This document shows positions 8,377 through 18,570 of a stretch of DNA of 64,000 nt, piece by piece; within the stretch, counting starts at the first letter, position 1; every line of letters begins with the position of its first letter. The notes under the pieces were generated by a model, which had not been told where the DNA came from, made no database searches, and saw only the letters and a program-made list of their open reading frames with translations. Source of the DNA: an uncultured bacterium. Lineage in GTDB: Bacteria; Planctomycetota; Phycisphaerae; Sedimentisphaerales; Anaerobacaceae. The translations under genes were made by a program, and so were the position numbers. The stretch covers positions 52,330 to 116,329 of the forward strand of contig CBDVDM010000001.1 in NCBI GenBank assembly GCA_965372745.1, given 5' to 3'.

Positions 8377-10113
8377 ATGACTCAGGCAATTGCTAAAAAA
8401 ATGCAGTTAGGTCAGTTGTTACAGGCCAGAGATATTGTTACGGACGACCAGATAAAAGAAGTCCTCGACAGGCAAAAACAGTCCGGACACAGAAAATTAC
8501 TTGGTGAGCTGCTCGTTGAAGCAGGATACTGCAGTGAAAATCAAATTGCTTCTGCAATTGCTGAAGGTTATGGCGTACCTTACGCGGAAATAAGTCCGAA
8601 GATCTGTGATGTAAAAATAATTGAACTCATACCAAGGGATTTCCTCGAAGAACACTCTGTCTTACCTTTGTTTAAGGTCTATAACGTTCTTACTGTTGCC
8701 GTTTCTGAACCTTCAAACGTGTTCTTAATGGATGAGCTTGAAAGGATAAGTGGATGTAAGATACAGATTGTTTGTGCCACAGTGAAAGATATTAAAGCTA
8801 CTCTACAGGTACACCTGCCTGCTGAAAATGTTTTCGTCATCGATGATATTATCAATGAAAAGGGACTTGAAGATTTCTCTCTCGTTGATGATATGATTGA
8901 GGATATTACTAACCTTGAAGAAATCGCAGGCCAATCTCCTGTTGTTAAGCTTGTAAATTATATCCTGTATAACGCCGTTCATGAAAATGCGAGCGATATC
9001 CATATTGAACCGGATGATAAAAAGCTGAGAGTCAGATACAGGGTTGATGGAAAATTATTTGAAAGACTAAGTCCACCGCATCAAATGCATTCAGCTGTCA
9101 CTTCTCGTATCAAAATTATGGCTGGACTCGACATCGCGCAAAGAAGATTGCCCCAGGACGGCGGTATTAACATCCTCGTTGAGGGAAGAGCGGTTGATTT
9201 AAGAATTTCCATAATGCCGGGAACATACGGTGAAAAGGTCGTTGTTAGAGTTGTTAATCCTGAGAGGGTACTCTTTAATCTTGAATCTCTTGGTTTCAGC
9301 CGAAAGACTCTCGAGTTGTATGAACAGGTAATGAAAACTCCACATGGTATGATTCTGGTTACCGGGCCAACCGGCTCTGGTAAAAGTGCGACTCTTTATG
9401 CCACTCTTATGGAATTAAATAATGACGAAGTCAATATCTGCACTGTCGAAGATCCTGTCGAATGTAAAATCTCTGGTATCAATCAGTTCCAGACTAACGA
9501 AGGTGCAGGCTTCGGTTTTCCTACGGCGTTGAGAAGTTTATTAAGGCAGGACCCCGATATTGTAATGGTCGGTGAGATTCGTGATGAAGACACCGCCTAT
9601 ATTGCTGTGCAGGCTGCTTTAACCGGACACCTCGTTCTCTCAACCCTGCATACCAACGATGCGCCGGGCTCGGTAACAAGACTGCTGGACCTCGGTGTCG
9701 CTCCATATCTGGTTAGTGCTTCTCTAAGTGCTGTTCTGGCACAGAGACTGGTTAGGAAAATTTGTGTCAATTGTAAAGCCGAGTACCAACCGCCTCTCGC
9801 AATAGAAAAAACTCTTGAACGTTTAATCGGAGAAGTTCCAAAACTTTACCATGGTGAAGGTTGCAAGAAATGCAGAAATACCGGTTTTGCGGGAAGAATC
9901 GCAATACATGAACTGTTTATACCGGATGAAGATACGATGGAATTGATTTATCAGCATGCAAGTTTGAGAAACCTGAGAAACAAGGCTATACAAAACGGGA
10001 TGGCACCTCTTTATTTGGATGGTCTGGAAAAAGTCAAAGCTGGAATTGTAACCATCGAGGAAGTCCTGAGAACTGTGCCCGCTACCGATAATAAAAACAA
10101 TGGGCAACCTTAA
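8377..10113 (+). CDS. pilB: type IV pilus / T2SS assembly ATPase (PilB/GspE family)
   Basis: It has an N-terminal T2SSE_N/MshEN-like domain and Walker A GPTGSGKS. Asp/His boxes are present (VEDPVE, LRQDPDIVMVGEIRD, TGHLVLSTLHTND). A tetracysteine motif is present (CVNCK...CKKCRNTG). Confidence 0.9.
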   Translation: MTQAIAKKMQLGQLLQARDIVTDDQIKEVLDRQKQSGHRKLLGELLVEAGYCSENQIASAIAEGYGVPYAEISPKICDVKIIELIPRDFLEEHSVLPLFKVYNVLTVAVSEPSNVFLMDELERISGCKIQIVCATVKDIKATLQVHLPAENVFVIDDIINEKGLEDFSLVDDMIEDITNLEEIAGQSPVVKLVNYILYNAVHENASDIHIEPDDKKLRVRYRVDGKLFERLSPPHQMHSAVTSRIKIMAGLDIAQRRLPQDGGINILVEGRAVDLRISIMPGTYGEKVVVRVVNPERVLFNLESLGFSRKTLELYEQVMKTPHGMILVTGPTGSGKSATLYATLMELNNDEVNICTVEDPVECKISGINQFQTNEGAGFGFPTALRSLLRQDPDIVMVGEIRDEDTAYIAVQAALTGHLVLSTLHTNDAPGSVTRLLDLGVAPYLVSASLSAVLAQRLVRKICVNCKAEYQPPLAIEKTLERLIGEVPKLYHGEGCKKCRNTGFAGRIAIHELFIPDEDTMELIYQHASLRNLRNKAIQNGMAPLYLDGLEKVKAGIVTIEEVLRTVPATDNKNNGQP

Positions 10114-10132
10114 TTAAATACCGGGAATATAC

Positions 10133-11434
10133 ATGGAGTCCTCAACTAAAAATAAAAACGAGCTGGATTTCCTTTTTGAACAACAGGACGCTTATACTTC
10201 ACAACAGCTTGATGATAGTAATACCCAGCTTAAGGATTCTGAGCACAAACCAAAGGCTGACAAAACAAGCACGCAAAAACAGAAACAGCAGAAAAAGTCA
10301 AAAACCACTCCCGTTAAACGTTCTTATCTTTCCAGGGCAAAAGCAAAACAAACTGACGTAATCCTGTTTACTAATCAGCTTTCGGTTATGCTTGAAAGTG
10401 GGGTAATTCTAAGTGAAGCACTCGATGTTGTCGCTAACCAGACACCTCACGGTGTCTTTAAGACTATTATCACAGATGTCGCTGATGTTGTTAGAACCGG
10501 CGACAGCCTTTCGAGAGCCCTGTCGAACTATCCGAGAGTATTTAACGTAATGTTCATTAGTATGGTAAAAGCCTCAGAAGCCTCCGGTAAAATGGCCGAA
10601 ATGCTTAATGTACTTAGCGGCTATCTGGATTTTGAGCACGAAACAAGAAAGCGTATAAAAGGTGCTCTTGTCTATCCGTTTATTATGGCACTGATGGCTG
10701 TTGTTGCTGTAAGTACACTTATTATATTTGTTGTTCCAAGACTCGTAAAAGTCTATGAAACGAGAGGAGCCGAATTACCAAAGCTAACTCAAATGCTGAT
10801 TGACTTTAGCAGAATGTTCACTGACCCGCAGCTTGTCTCTGTTACCATGACCGTATTATTGTCTGTTTTAATGCTATTATATTATTGGATAAATTCAAAA
10901 CCAGGAAAAAGGGTAATAGACTATATCAAAATCAGATTGCCTGTATTTGGTACGATGGTTGTTGACAGAACTATAACACGCAGTATGCGTATCATGGCAA
11001 CGATGGTAAACACCGGTGTCGGCATCCTTGATGCCATTGGTGTGATAAAGAATTCTTCTGCCAACTGTTATTTCCAGCAGCTTTGGACGAGGACAGACAA
11101 AAGAATTCGTGACGGTTATCAGCTCTCGGAATCGATACAAATCGCCCAGTCTGGCATGAGGTCTTTGTTTAACAGAAAAGACCGGATGTTGGCAGATAAA
11201 CTGATTGACTCAGGGGTCATCCAGATGATCAAAGCCGGCGAAAAAGGCGGCAGGCTTGGCGAAGTCTGTTTTAAAATTTCCTACTTTTATGAAAAGAGAT
11301 TCGAAGCGTCAATCAGGGTTGTTACATCTCTTATAGAACCTTTGATGATAATTGTTTTAGGTGGAATCATTGGAACTATCTCCATAGCCTTGCTGCTGCC
11401 TGTATTTAGAATCTCAAGTGTTATTGCCGGATAA
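10133..11434 (+). CDS. pilC: pilus/T2SS inner-membrane platform protein (PilC/GspF family)
   Basis: It has two GspF-type repeats with TM helices. A ~75-aa Q/K/S-rich N-terminal extension precedes the first repeat. It lies directly downstream of pilB. Confidence 0.85.
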   Translation: MESSTKNKNELDFLFEQQDAYTSQQLDDSNTQLKDSEHKPKADKTSTQKQKQQKKSKTTPVKRSYLSRAKAKQTDVILFTNQLSVMLESGVILSEALDVVANQTPHGVFKTIITDVADVVRTGDSLSRALSNYPRVFNVMFISMVKASEASGKMAEMLNVLSGYLDFEHETRKRIKGALVYPFIMALMAVVAVSTLIIFVVPRLVKVYETRGAELPKLTQMLIDFSRMFTDPQLVSVTMTVLLSVLMLLYYWINSKPGKRVIDYIKIRLPVFGTMVVDRTITRSMRIMATMVNTGVGILDAIGVIKNSSANCYFQQLWTRTDKRIRDGYQLSESIQIAQSGMRSLFNRKDRMLADKLIDSGVIQMIKAGEKGGRLGEVCFKISYFYEKRFEASIRVVTSLIEPLMIIVLGGIIGTISIALLLPVFRISSVIAG

Positions 11435-11628
11435 GAAACAGTTGCATAAGAAACAGTCATAGCTCTTTCAATTATGCACCTGCTCTGTTGTCAGCAGCGT
11501 TTTTGACACCATTTGACCTTAACTCACTATTCTTACAATAGTTATAATCCCAAAAACACTCCTTTATGACTGTTTGCATACAAGATTTCAACTTAACTAT
11601 AATATTTTCAAGTGGTTATAGAAAATAC

Positions 11629-11657
11629 TTGAAAACCTGGGAAATTATGATTATACT
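11629..11657 (+). promoter_or_regulatory. candidate sigma70 promoter of rpsO-pnp
   Basis: TTGAAA (11629-11634), a 17-nt spacer, then TATACT (11652-11657). It lies ~135 nt upstream of the rpsO ATG, which leaves room for a leader. Confidence 0.4.
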
Positions 11658-11791
11658 AACAAATTCGGTTTTTATAATGATTTGAAGAGTTTTTAGAACA
11701 TACACAGCGGATGATTCAAAAATGCCTGTGTGTGCCTGATTTTTGTAAAGTAAGTAAGGTATAACTTAATTGGAAAGGATTTGCCCGTAAT

Positions 11792-12058
11792 ATGTTAGTG
11801 AAACAGGAAAAACAGAAAATCATTAATGATTTCGAAAGACACGAAGGAGATACCGGTTCACCTGAAGTTCAGATTGCCCTGCTGACAAGAAGAATTAATG
11901 AACTCACAGAACATCTCAAAACTCATCGAAAAGATCATGCCTCAAGACGCGGCCTGTTAAAAATGGTGGGAACCAGATCGGCTTTGCTTAAGTACGTTAA
12001 TAAAAATGATGTTAAGCGATACCGTAAAATCATCTCCAGACTTGGACTGCGAAAGTAA
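11792..12058 (+). CDS. rpsO: 30S ribosomal protein S15
   Basis: It is 88 aa with the S15 signature ([39 protein letters not shown]). It shows the classic rpsO-pnp synteny. Confidence 0.95.
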   Translation: MLVKQEKQKIINDFERHEGDTGSPEVQIALLTRRINELTEHLKTHRKDHASRRGLLKMVGTRSALLKYVNKNDVKRYRKIISRLGLRK

Positions 12059-12128
12059 ATTCAATTTTTATAATCACATTAAAGCGTATCACTTGTTAAT
12101 GTTATGATACTGCTAATAAGGAAAGTGT

Positions 12129-14261
12129 ATGTTTGATATATGTAAAGTAGAAAGAGAAATTGGTGGAAGGATTCTATCAGTTGAAACAGGTAAAATCGCA
12201 AGACAAGCTGATGGCTCGGTTGTTGTGAAATATGGTGATACTGTAGTTTTAGTTGCTGTGGTAACTGCTCCACCAAGATTCGAGGATATCGACTTTTTCC
12301 CTTTGAGTGTCGACTACAGGGAAAAGTATAGCGCTGCGGGAAAATACCCGGGTGGTTTTATAAAAAGAGAAGGCAGGCCGACAACTAAAGAAATACTTAC
12401 CGCAAGACAAATTGACAGACCAATTAGACCATTGTTCCCTGACGGTTATTTTCAGGAAGTACAGATTATGGCATCTGTCTTGAGCTTCGACGGGGAAAAT
12501 GACCCTGATGTGCTGGCCATGATTGGAGCAAGTGCTGCACTTACTATAAGCAAAATCCCGTTTTTAGGTCCAATTGGTGCCTGCAGGTTAGGAAGGGTAG
12601 ACGGAGAATTCGTTATTAACCCGACTCATCAGCAGATGGGCACCAGTGATTTGAACTTACTGCTCGGAGGACGAAAAGAAGCGCTAAACATGATTGAAGT
12701 CGGTGCAAAAGAACTGTCCGAAGATATAATTGCCGACGCTATTGCACAAGCACAAAAAGCTGTTGGACAGGTTTGCGAATTAATACAGGAGCTTCAGGAA
12801 AAAGTTGGCGCCGAAAAAGAAATTCCTCTTGTTGAGCATGACCAGGAGCTTGCAGATAAAATCGATGCGCAAATAGCTGACAAATTATATGAGTTGAAAC
12901 AAATATCTTCTAAAGACCAGCGTAATGCAGCTGTAAAGGAGCTCTTTGGACAGGTCATTACTCAATACTGTGAAAACGAAGATAAAGATACAACTGTCTT
13001 TAGCAAGGCTATGGTCAAAAGAATTCTGGATAAAATCGTTGGCAGAACAGTCAAAAAATTACTCCTCAATGGAAAAAGGGTTGGAGGAAGAGGCTTTGAT
13101 GAAGTTCGCAAAATCACTTGTGAGGTGGATGTTCTGCCGAGAAATCATGGCTCAGCTTTATTTACCCGCGGCGAAACTCAGTCCTTGGTCAGTGTTACTC
13201 TTGGTACTGTAAGGGACGCACAAATTATAGATGGTCTGGTAGAAGAATATTCACAAAATTTTACTCTGCATTATAACTTCCCGCCATTTTCAGTCGGTGA
13301 GGTTAGACCGATTCGAGGACCGGGAAGAAGAGAAATCGGCCATGGTTCTCTGGCGGAAAGATGCCTTGCACAGGTGAAACCGCCTGAGCAGGATTTTCCT
13401 TATACTATCAGGATAACTTCTGACATTACCGAATCTAATGGCTCGAGTTCTATGGCATCGGTTTGCGGCGGAACCCTTGCGCTAATGGATGCAGGCGTCC
13501 CCATTATAAAACCGGTTGCCGGTATTTCTATTGGCATGATTACCGGAGAGGATGGCGACCATAAGCTTTTAACCGATATTCTTGGAGAGGAAGACCATTT
13601 TGGAGAGATGGACTTTAAGGTCGCTGGGACCACAGAAGGTATCACCGGTATCCAGCTCGACATTAAAGCTGAAGGTCTCGAACATGGTGTTATGGTTCAG
13701 GCTCTCGCTAAAGCGAAAACCGCTCGCCTGCAAATCCTCGAAATAATGAAACAGGTTGTCAGCGAACCGCGACAGGAATTAAGCCAGTATGCTCCGAAAA
13801 TGCTTTCTATTAAAATTGACCCTGAGCTTATTGGAAAAGTCATTGGCCCGGGCGGCAAAATGATTAAGGGTATTCAGGAACAGACAGGTGCAACAATTGA
13901 GATTGAAGATGACGGCACTGTTTTCATTAGTTGCGTTGGAGGTGACGGGCACCTGCAGGCACGGGAAATAGTTGAATCTATTACCCAGCCGCCTGTTGTG
14001 GGTAAAATCTATAAACAAGCAAAAGTCGTCTCTGCAAAAGATTTTGGTGTTTTTGTCGAAATCATACCAGGCGTTGATGGGCTTTGTCATATCAGTGAAC
14101 TGAGCAATGATTATGTGAAAAACGTCGACACTGTTTGCAAACCCGGCGATCTGATTGATGTTAAATTATTGTCCATCGACGACCAGGGAAGACTGAAACT
14201 TTCACGAAAAGCCGCTCTGGATGAACTTGAAAAGGAAGATACTCAGCCGGAATCAAAGTAA
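12129..14261 (+). CDS. pnp: polyribonucleotide nucleotidyltransferase (PNPase)
   Basis: It is 710 aa with two RNase PH domains followed by KH (GPGGKMIKGIQEQTGA) and S1 (KDFGVFVEI) domains. Confidence 0.95.
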   Translation: MFDICKVEREIGGRILSVETGKIARQADGSVVVKYGDTVVLVAVVTAPPRFEDIDFFPLSVDYREKYSAAGKYPGGFIKREGRPTTKEILTARQIDRPIRPLFPDGYFQEVQIMASVLSFDGENDPDVLAMIGASAALTISKIPFLGPIGACRLGRVDGEFVINPTHQQMGTSDLNLLLGGRKEALNMIEVGAKELSEDIIADAIAQAQKAVGQVCELIQELQEKVGAEKEIPLVEHDQELADKIDAQIADKLYELKQISSKDQRNAAVKELFGQVITQYCENEDKDTTVFSKAMVKRILDKIVGRTVKKLLLNGKRVGGRGFDEVRKITCEVDVLPRNHGSALFTRGETQSLVSVTLGTVRDAQIIDGLVEEYSQNFTLHYNFPPFSVGEVRPIRGPGRREIGHGSLAERCLAQVKPPEQDFPYTIRITSDITESNGSSSMASVCGGTLALMDAGVPIIKPVAGISIGMITGEDGDHKLLTDILGEEDHFGEMDFKVAGTTEGITGIQLDIKAEGLEHGVMVQALAKAKTARLQILEIMKQVVSEPRQELSQYAPKMLSIKIDPELIGKVIGPGGKMIKGIQEQTGATIEIEDDGTVFISCVGGDGHLQAREIVESITQPPVVGKIYKQAKVVSAKDFGVFVEIIPGVDGLCHISELSNDYVKNVDTVCKPGDLIDVKLLSIDDQGRLKLSRKAALDELEKEDTQPESK

Positions 14262-14287
14262 TTCCGGCAGGGCGGGAGCAGGGGGGG

Positions 14288-14307
14288 CTGAACGTGTTGA
14301 CGTTCAG
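14288..14307 (+). terminator. perfect 8-bp hairpin downstream of pnp (weak terminator candidate)
   Basis: The hairpin is CTGAACGT-gttg-ACGTTCAG, 27 nt after the pnp stop. No U-tract follows, so intrinsic termination is uncertain. Confidence 0.25.
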
Positions 14308-14346
14308 TAGCGGGTCTTTCTATTACTAAACGGCAGGGAGGAATAG

Positions 14347-15138
14347 ATGCTGCATTTTATTGCCGGCTTTATCATTGCATTAGTCTTTGTTGTTCCTCTC
14401 CTGTTGTTCATATATAAAAAAACCTCTAAAAACCGGAGCAGTAGAGATGGAAATCAAAAACAGCTTGAACAGTTGAGCAAATTAACCGGAGAGCTTACAC
14501 ACGAAATAAAAAATCCCCTCTCTACCATTAAAGTCAATTTAAAACTCGCTGCCGAGGAACTGCAAAGTATTGAAAACAAAAATCAGACATTCCAAAGAGC
14601 TGTCAGAAAAATTGAAGTTGTTCAAAAAGAATCAAATCGAATCGAGCAGATTCTTGAAGGCTTTTTACGTTATGTTGACCGCGTCGAGTTACAGCCGACA
14701 CCTCTCGATATTAATTCACTTGTCAGTGATATGGTCGATTTTTTTTCACCTCAGGCCTATACTAATTCAATTACTATTCGCCACCAGTTAGCCGAAAACC
14801 CTCTTATTTGCAATGTTGACGAAGACATGTTAAAGCAGGTAATATTAAACCTCTTTATAAATGCTCAACATGCCATGAATTCAGGGGGAGAATTGATAGT
14901 GAAAACTGATAAAAGAAAGGACAATGCCGTTATTCAAATCAGCGACACCGGTGTCGGTATTGCACCGGATAAACTGCCGCATATTTTTGAACCTTATTTT
15001 TCCTCTCGTCCTCAAGGCTCCGGACTCGGATTGCCAACAGCAAAAAGAATTGTTGAACAACATAACGGAAATATTTATATTGATACAGAACCAGGCAAGG
15101 GAACATTGTTTACTATAGAAATACCACTAATGGACTGA
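14347..15138 (+). CDS. membrane histidine kinase (short, HisKA + HATPase_c)
   Basis: It has an N-terminal TM helix and the H-box LTHEIKNPLSTI. HATPase_c boxes are present (NLFINAQHAM, DTGVGI, GSGLGL). It is paired with the downstream NtrC-type regulator. Confidence 0.85.
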   Translation: MLHFIAGFIIALVFVVPLLLFIYKKTSKNRSSRDGNQKQLEQLSKLTGELTHEIKNPLSTIKVNLKLAAEELQSIENKNQTFQRAVRKIEVVQKESNRIEQILEGFLRYVDRVELQPTPLDINSLVSDMVDFFSPQAYTNSITIRHQLAENPLICNVDEDMLKQVILNLFINAQHAMNSGGELIVKTDKRKDNAVIQISDTGVGIAPDKLPHIFEPYFSSRPQGSGLGLPTAKRIVEQHNGNIYIDTEPGKGTLFTIEIPLMD

Positions 15139-15152
15139 CATCAGCGTTTTTT

Positions 15153-16520
15153 ATGAGTAAAAACATTGTAATATTAGTTGTTGACGACGAACGTGACCAC
15201 GCTGACGGCATTGCCGAAGCATTAGAGAGGTTCTGTGCAAAGGTCATTGCTGTTTACAATGGCAAAGATGCCCTGAATATCTTGAGCAAAGAGAAAATAA
15301 ATATTGTCGTTACCGATTTGAGATTAGGCGGTGATATCGATGGACTCGCTGTCCTTAAGCAGGCCAAGAGCATCAATAACAAGACGCAGGTTATTTTAAT
15401 AACTGCGTATGCAACAATTGATAATTGTAAGCAGGCCATAAAGCAGGGTGCGTATGATTATCTTGTAAAGCCGATTGATATTGACCAGTTGAGAACTCTC
15501 GTAACACAGGCCGCAAAGGAAATCGCAACTGCAGACCAACAGCCGCAAAGAACACCCAAAACAGCAAAAAAGCATTTCGATTTTGAAGGAGTACAGGGGA
15601 AAAGTTCTAAAATGCACGCTGTTCTGGAAGTATTAAGGCGAGTCGCCCCAACCGATATTTCAGTACTTATTGAAGGTGAAAGTGGTACCGGCAAAGAGTT
15701 GCTCGCAAAAGCTGTCCATAGCAATTCAAACCGCTTTAACAAGCCGTTCAGACCTGTTAATTGTGCAGGCCTAACCGAGACTCTGCTCGAAAGTGAGTTG
15801 TTCGGCCATGCCAAAGGTGCCTTCACCGGAGCCGCTGAAGATAGAAAAGGACTCTTTGAAGTTGCTGACAAAGGCACGCTCTTTCTCGATGAAATCGGTG
15901 ACATGCCTTTGAATATGCAAGCCAAACTACTCCGGGTTCTCGAAGACGGAATTATTACGCCCGTTGGCTCGAATAAACAAATTGTGGTCGATGTTCGTAT
16001 CATCAGTGCCACTAATCATGACCTTGCAAAACTTATTGAGGACAAAAAGTTTCGGCAGGATTTGTATTTTAGAATCAAAGGTGTAAGTGTTACATTACCG
16101 TCTCTGCGTCAAAGGCTCGAAGACCTTCCAGTCTTCGTTGAACATTTCGCAAAACAAGCTGCTGAACAAATTGGTGTCAATATTACCGGTATGTCAGAAG
16201 CCGCTCTGGCTGTACTTATGAGCTACGACTGGCCTGGGAATATTCGCCAACTGAGAAATTGCGTCCAGACTATGGTAGTCATGACTGAAACTGACAAACT
16301 TAACGTTGATGACATACCTCCGGAAATTCAGAAGATGCGGCAATTAACTGCCTCTACTAAAACTGCCGGTGATTTAGGTACTGTCTCACTCAATGAACTC
16401 GAAAAGCAGGCTATCATTGAGACACTTGCAAAAACTGATAACAACCGTGAAAAAACCGCTAAAATCCTTGGCATTGGCGAAAGAACTCTATACAGAAAAA
16501 TAAAAGAATATAACTTATAA
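15153..16520 (+). CDS. sigma54-dependent response regulator (NtrC/AtoC family)
   Basis: It has a REC domain (VVDDE, VTDLRL) and an AAA+ sigma54-interaction domain (GESGTGKE, GAFTGA, FLDEIGDM). A C-terminal Fis-type HTH is present (KTAKILGIGERTLYRKIKEY). Confidence 0.9.
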   Translation: MSKNIVILVVDDERDHADGIAEALERFCAKVIAVYNGKDALNILSKEKINIVVTDLRLGGDIDGLAVLKQAKSINNKTQVILITAYATIDNCKQAIKQGAYDYLVKPIDIDQLRTLVTQAAKEIATADQQPQRTPKTAKKHFDFEGVQGKSSKMHAVLEVLRRVAPTDISVLIEGESGTGKELLAKAVHSNSNRFNKPFRPVNCAGLTETLLESELFGHAKGAFTGAAEDRKGLFEVADKGTLFLDEIGDMPLNMQAKLLRVLEDGIITPVGSNKQIVVDVRIISATNHDLAKLIEDKKFRQDLYFRIKGVSVTLPSLRQRLEDLPVFVEHFAKQAAEQIGVNITGMSEAALAVLMSYDWPGNIRQLRNCVQTMVVMTETDKLNVDDIPPEIQKMRQLTASTKTAGDLGTVSLNELEKQAIIETLAKTDNNREKTAKILGIGERTLYRKIKEYNL

Positions 16521-16602
16521 CACCAGCAAATTTCTTTCTGTAAGTGTATTGCAATGTCTGCTTGTTATCTTTTTACTGTTCTTCTGTTATGGATGTTGTT
16601 TG

Positions 16603-16630
16603 TTGACCATGAGGTGATTCGTGGTATAAT
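16603..16630 (+). promoter_or_regulatory. candidate sigma70 promoter of lpxD-lpxI
   Basis: TTGACC (16603-16608), a 16-nt spacer, then TGg-TATAAT (extended -10, 16622-16630). It lies ~45 nt upstream of the lpxD ATG. Confidence 0.5.
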
Positions 16631-16672
16631 AGGCAGCCAATAGTTGATTTACATGAAATTGCAGGTGATTAT

Positions 16673-17722
16673 ATGCAGACAAGGACATTAGGCCAGTTAG
16701 CAGAACATGTCGGGGGATGTGTGGATGGTGATTCTAATATAAAAATCAAATCCGCGACAACGCTTGAACTTGCCGGAGAAGGTGACATAAGTTTTCTGGC
16801 AAATAAGAAATATGCCAATGAGCTTCAAACAACCAAGGCAAGTGCCGTAGTAGTGGATAAGAAAGTTGACTGTCCTGCATCTCTTTTAATAGTTGACGAT
16901 GCTTATTTTGCGTTTAGAGAGATAGTAGTGTTATTGCATGGTCATCGAGAGCACAAAAAGGTTGGGATAAGCAGTAAGGCGTCAATAGCAGAGACAGCCG
17001 ATATCGGCAGAGATTGTGATATATTTGATTTTGTGACAATTAGTGATAATGTAAAAATAGGCAACAGATGTGTTCTTTATCCGGGAGTATTTATAGGCCC
17101 GGAAACTGAAATAGGCGATGACTGTATTTTATACCCCAATGCCGTTGTTTACGATAAATGCATAATCGGAAATAGAGTCATTATTCAGGCCAACGCAACG
17201 GTCGGTGAAGACGGGTATGGATTTGCAACTCACAAAGGCCGGCACCACAAGATACCGCATATAGGCAGAGTCATAATTGAAGATGATGCAGAAATAGGTT
17301 CAGGTTGTGGTATCGAGCGGGGAACATTGGGTGATACTATAATCGGTAAAGGAAGCAAATTAGGTGATATGGTCGCAATAGGTCACGGTACTAAAGTAGG
17401 CCCATATTGTCTTTTAGTTGCTCAGGTAGGAATATCAGGCTCGGCTAAATTGGGCCACCACTGTGTAGCCGGTGGGCAGGTGGGTATTGCCGGTCATCTA
17501 AGCATTGGAAACGGCGTTATGATTGGTGCTCAATCAGGTGTACCGAATGATATTAAAGATGGCATGGTTGTACTTGGGACGCCGGCAATTGAAGCGGGTA
17601 AGGCAAAGCGTTATTGGGCAGTGCTTCCTAATCTGCCAACAATGCGCAGTGACCTTCGCAAACTCAAAAAACGTTTAGCTGAACTTGAAAAACAGGAACC
17701 AGCGGTTAAAGATGAAAAGTAG
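16673..17722 (+). CDS. lpxD: UDP-3-O-acylglucosamine N-acyltransferase
   Basis: It is 349 aa with an LpxD N-domain followed by left-handed beta-helix hexapeptide repeats. It is adjacent to lpxI. Confidence 0.9.
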   Translation: MQTRTLGQLAEHVGGCVDGDSNIKIKSATTLELAGEGDISFLANKKYANELQTTKASAVVVDKKVDCPASLLIVDDAYFAFREIVVLLHGHREHKKVGISSKASIAETADIGRDCDIFDFVTISDNVKIGNRCVLYPGVFIGPETEIGDDCILYPNAVVYDKCIIGNRVIIQANATVGEDGYGFATHKGRHHKIPHIGRVIIEDDAEIGSGCGIERGTLGDTIIGKGSKLGDMVAIGHGTKVGPYCLLVAQVGISGSAKLGHHCVAGGQVGIAGHLSIGNGVMIGAQSGVPNDIKDGMVVLGTPAIEAGKAKRYWAVLPNLPTMRSDLRKLKKRLAELEKQEPAVKDEK

Positions 17723-17725
17723 ATT

Positions 17726-18568
17726 ATGCCGGCAGATGATAATGTACTTGGTTTAATAGCAGGGGGTGGGCGATTGCCGTTCATGGTTGCCCAGGGAGCG
17801 AAGAAGGCAGGCTTGAGAGTAATTTGTGTTGGCTTGGTCGATAATGCTCAGCCTGAACTTGTTCAGGAGGTTGACAAATTTTTTACCGTAGCGATAGCAA
17901 GACCGGGAAGTTGGATAAGAAAATTAAAAAAACACGGCGTCAAGCGGACGATTATGGTAGGTCGTGTTGCCAAATCCAGACTGTATACACCGCTTCGAAT
18001 TCTTCATTATTTGCCTGACTGGCGAGGGCTTAGGATATATTATTGGCGGCTTAGGAACAAAGACAAGACAGATGAACCGTTATTAAATGCAATAGCAGAA
18101 GAGTTGGCCAGCGGAGGTATAATATTGGAGAACTCAACAATGTACTGCAAAGAATATATGGCAAAAGAGGGATTGATGACAGACAATCAACCGAACTCTT
18201 CCGTTAACGATGACATAGAATTTGGCTGGCAGATAGTTAAAAAGTGTGCCGAGCTTGATATAGGACAGGCAATAGCAGTAAAGGAACGAGAGATAATAGC
18301 GGTAGAAGCGATAGAGGGTACCGCCGAGATGATAGCAAGGGCAGGTAAATACTGCCGCAAGGGCGGCTGGACACTTATAAAGACATCCAAGCCTGACCAG
18401 GATATGCGATTTGATGTACCTTGTGTCGGACCGGACACGATTCGCAGCTTGGCTGAGAATGGGGGCAAATGTCTTGTAGTAGAGGCGGACAAAACAATCA
18501 TTATCGATAAGCCCGAGACAATAAAACTCGCCAACAAATTGGGGATAACAATTCTGGGTTGCCTGTAA
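17726..18568 (+). CDS. lpxI: UDP-2,3-diacylglucosamine diphosphatase LpxI (DUF1009 family)
   Basis: It has the N-terminal LGLIAGGGRLPF and C-terminal DIGQAIAVKEREIIAVEAIEGT...RFDVPCVGPDT patterns typical of LpxI. It is 3 nt downstream of lpxD. Confidence 0.8.
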   Translation: MPADDNVLGLIAGGGRLPFMVAQGAKKAGLRVICVGLVDNAQPELVQEVDKFFTVAIARPGSWIRKLKKHGVKRTIMVGRVAKSRLYTPLRILHYLPDWRGLRIYYWRLRNKDKTDEPLLNAIAEELASGGIILENSTMYCKEYMAKEGLMTDNQPNSSVNDDIEFGWQIVKKCAELDIGQAIAVKEREIIAVEAIEGTAEMIARAGKYCRKGGWTLIKTSKPDQDMRFDVPCVGPDTIRSLAENGGKCLVVEADKTIIIDKPETIKLANKLGITILGCL

Positions 18569-18570
18569 TT

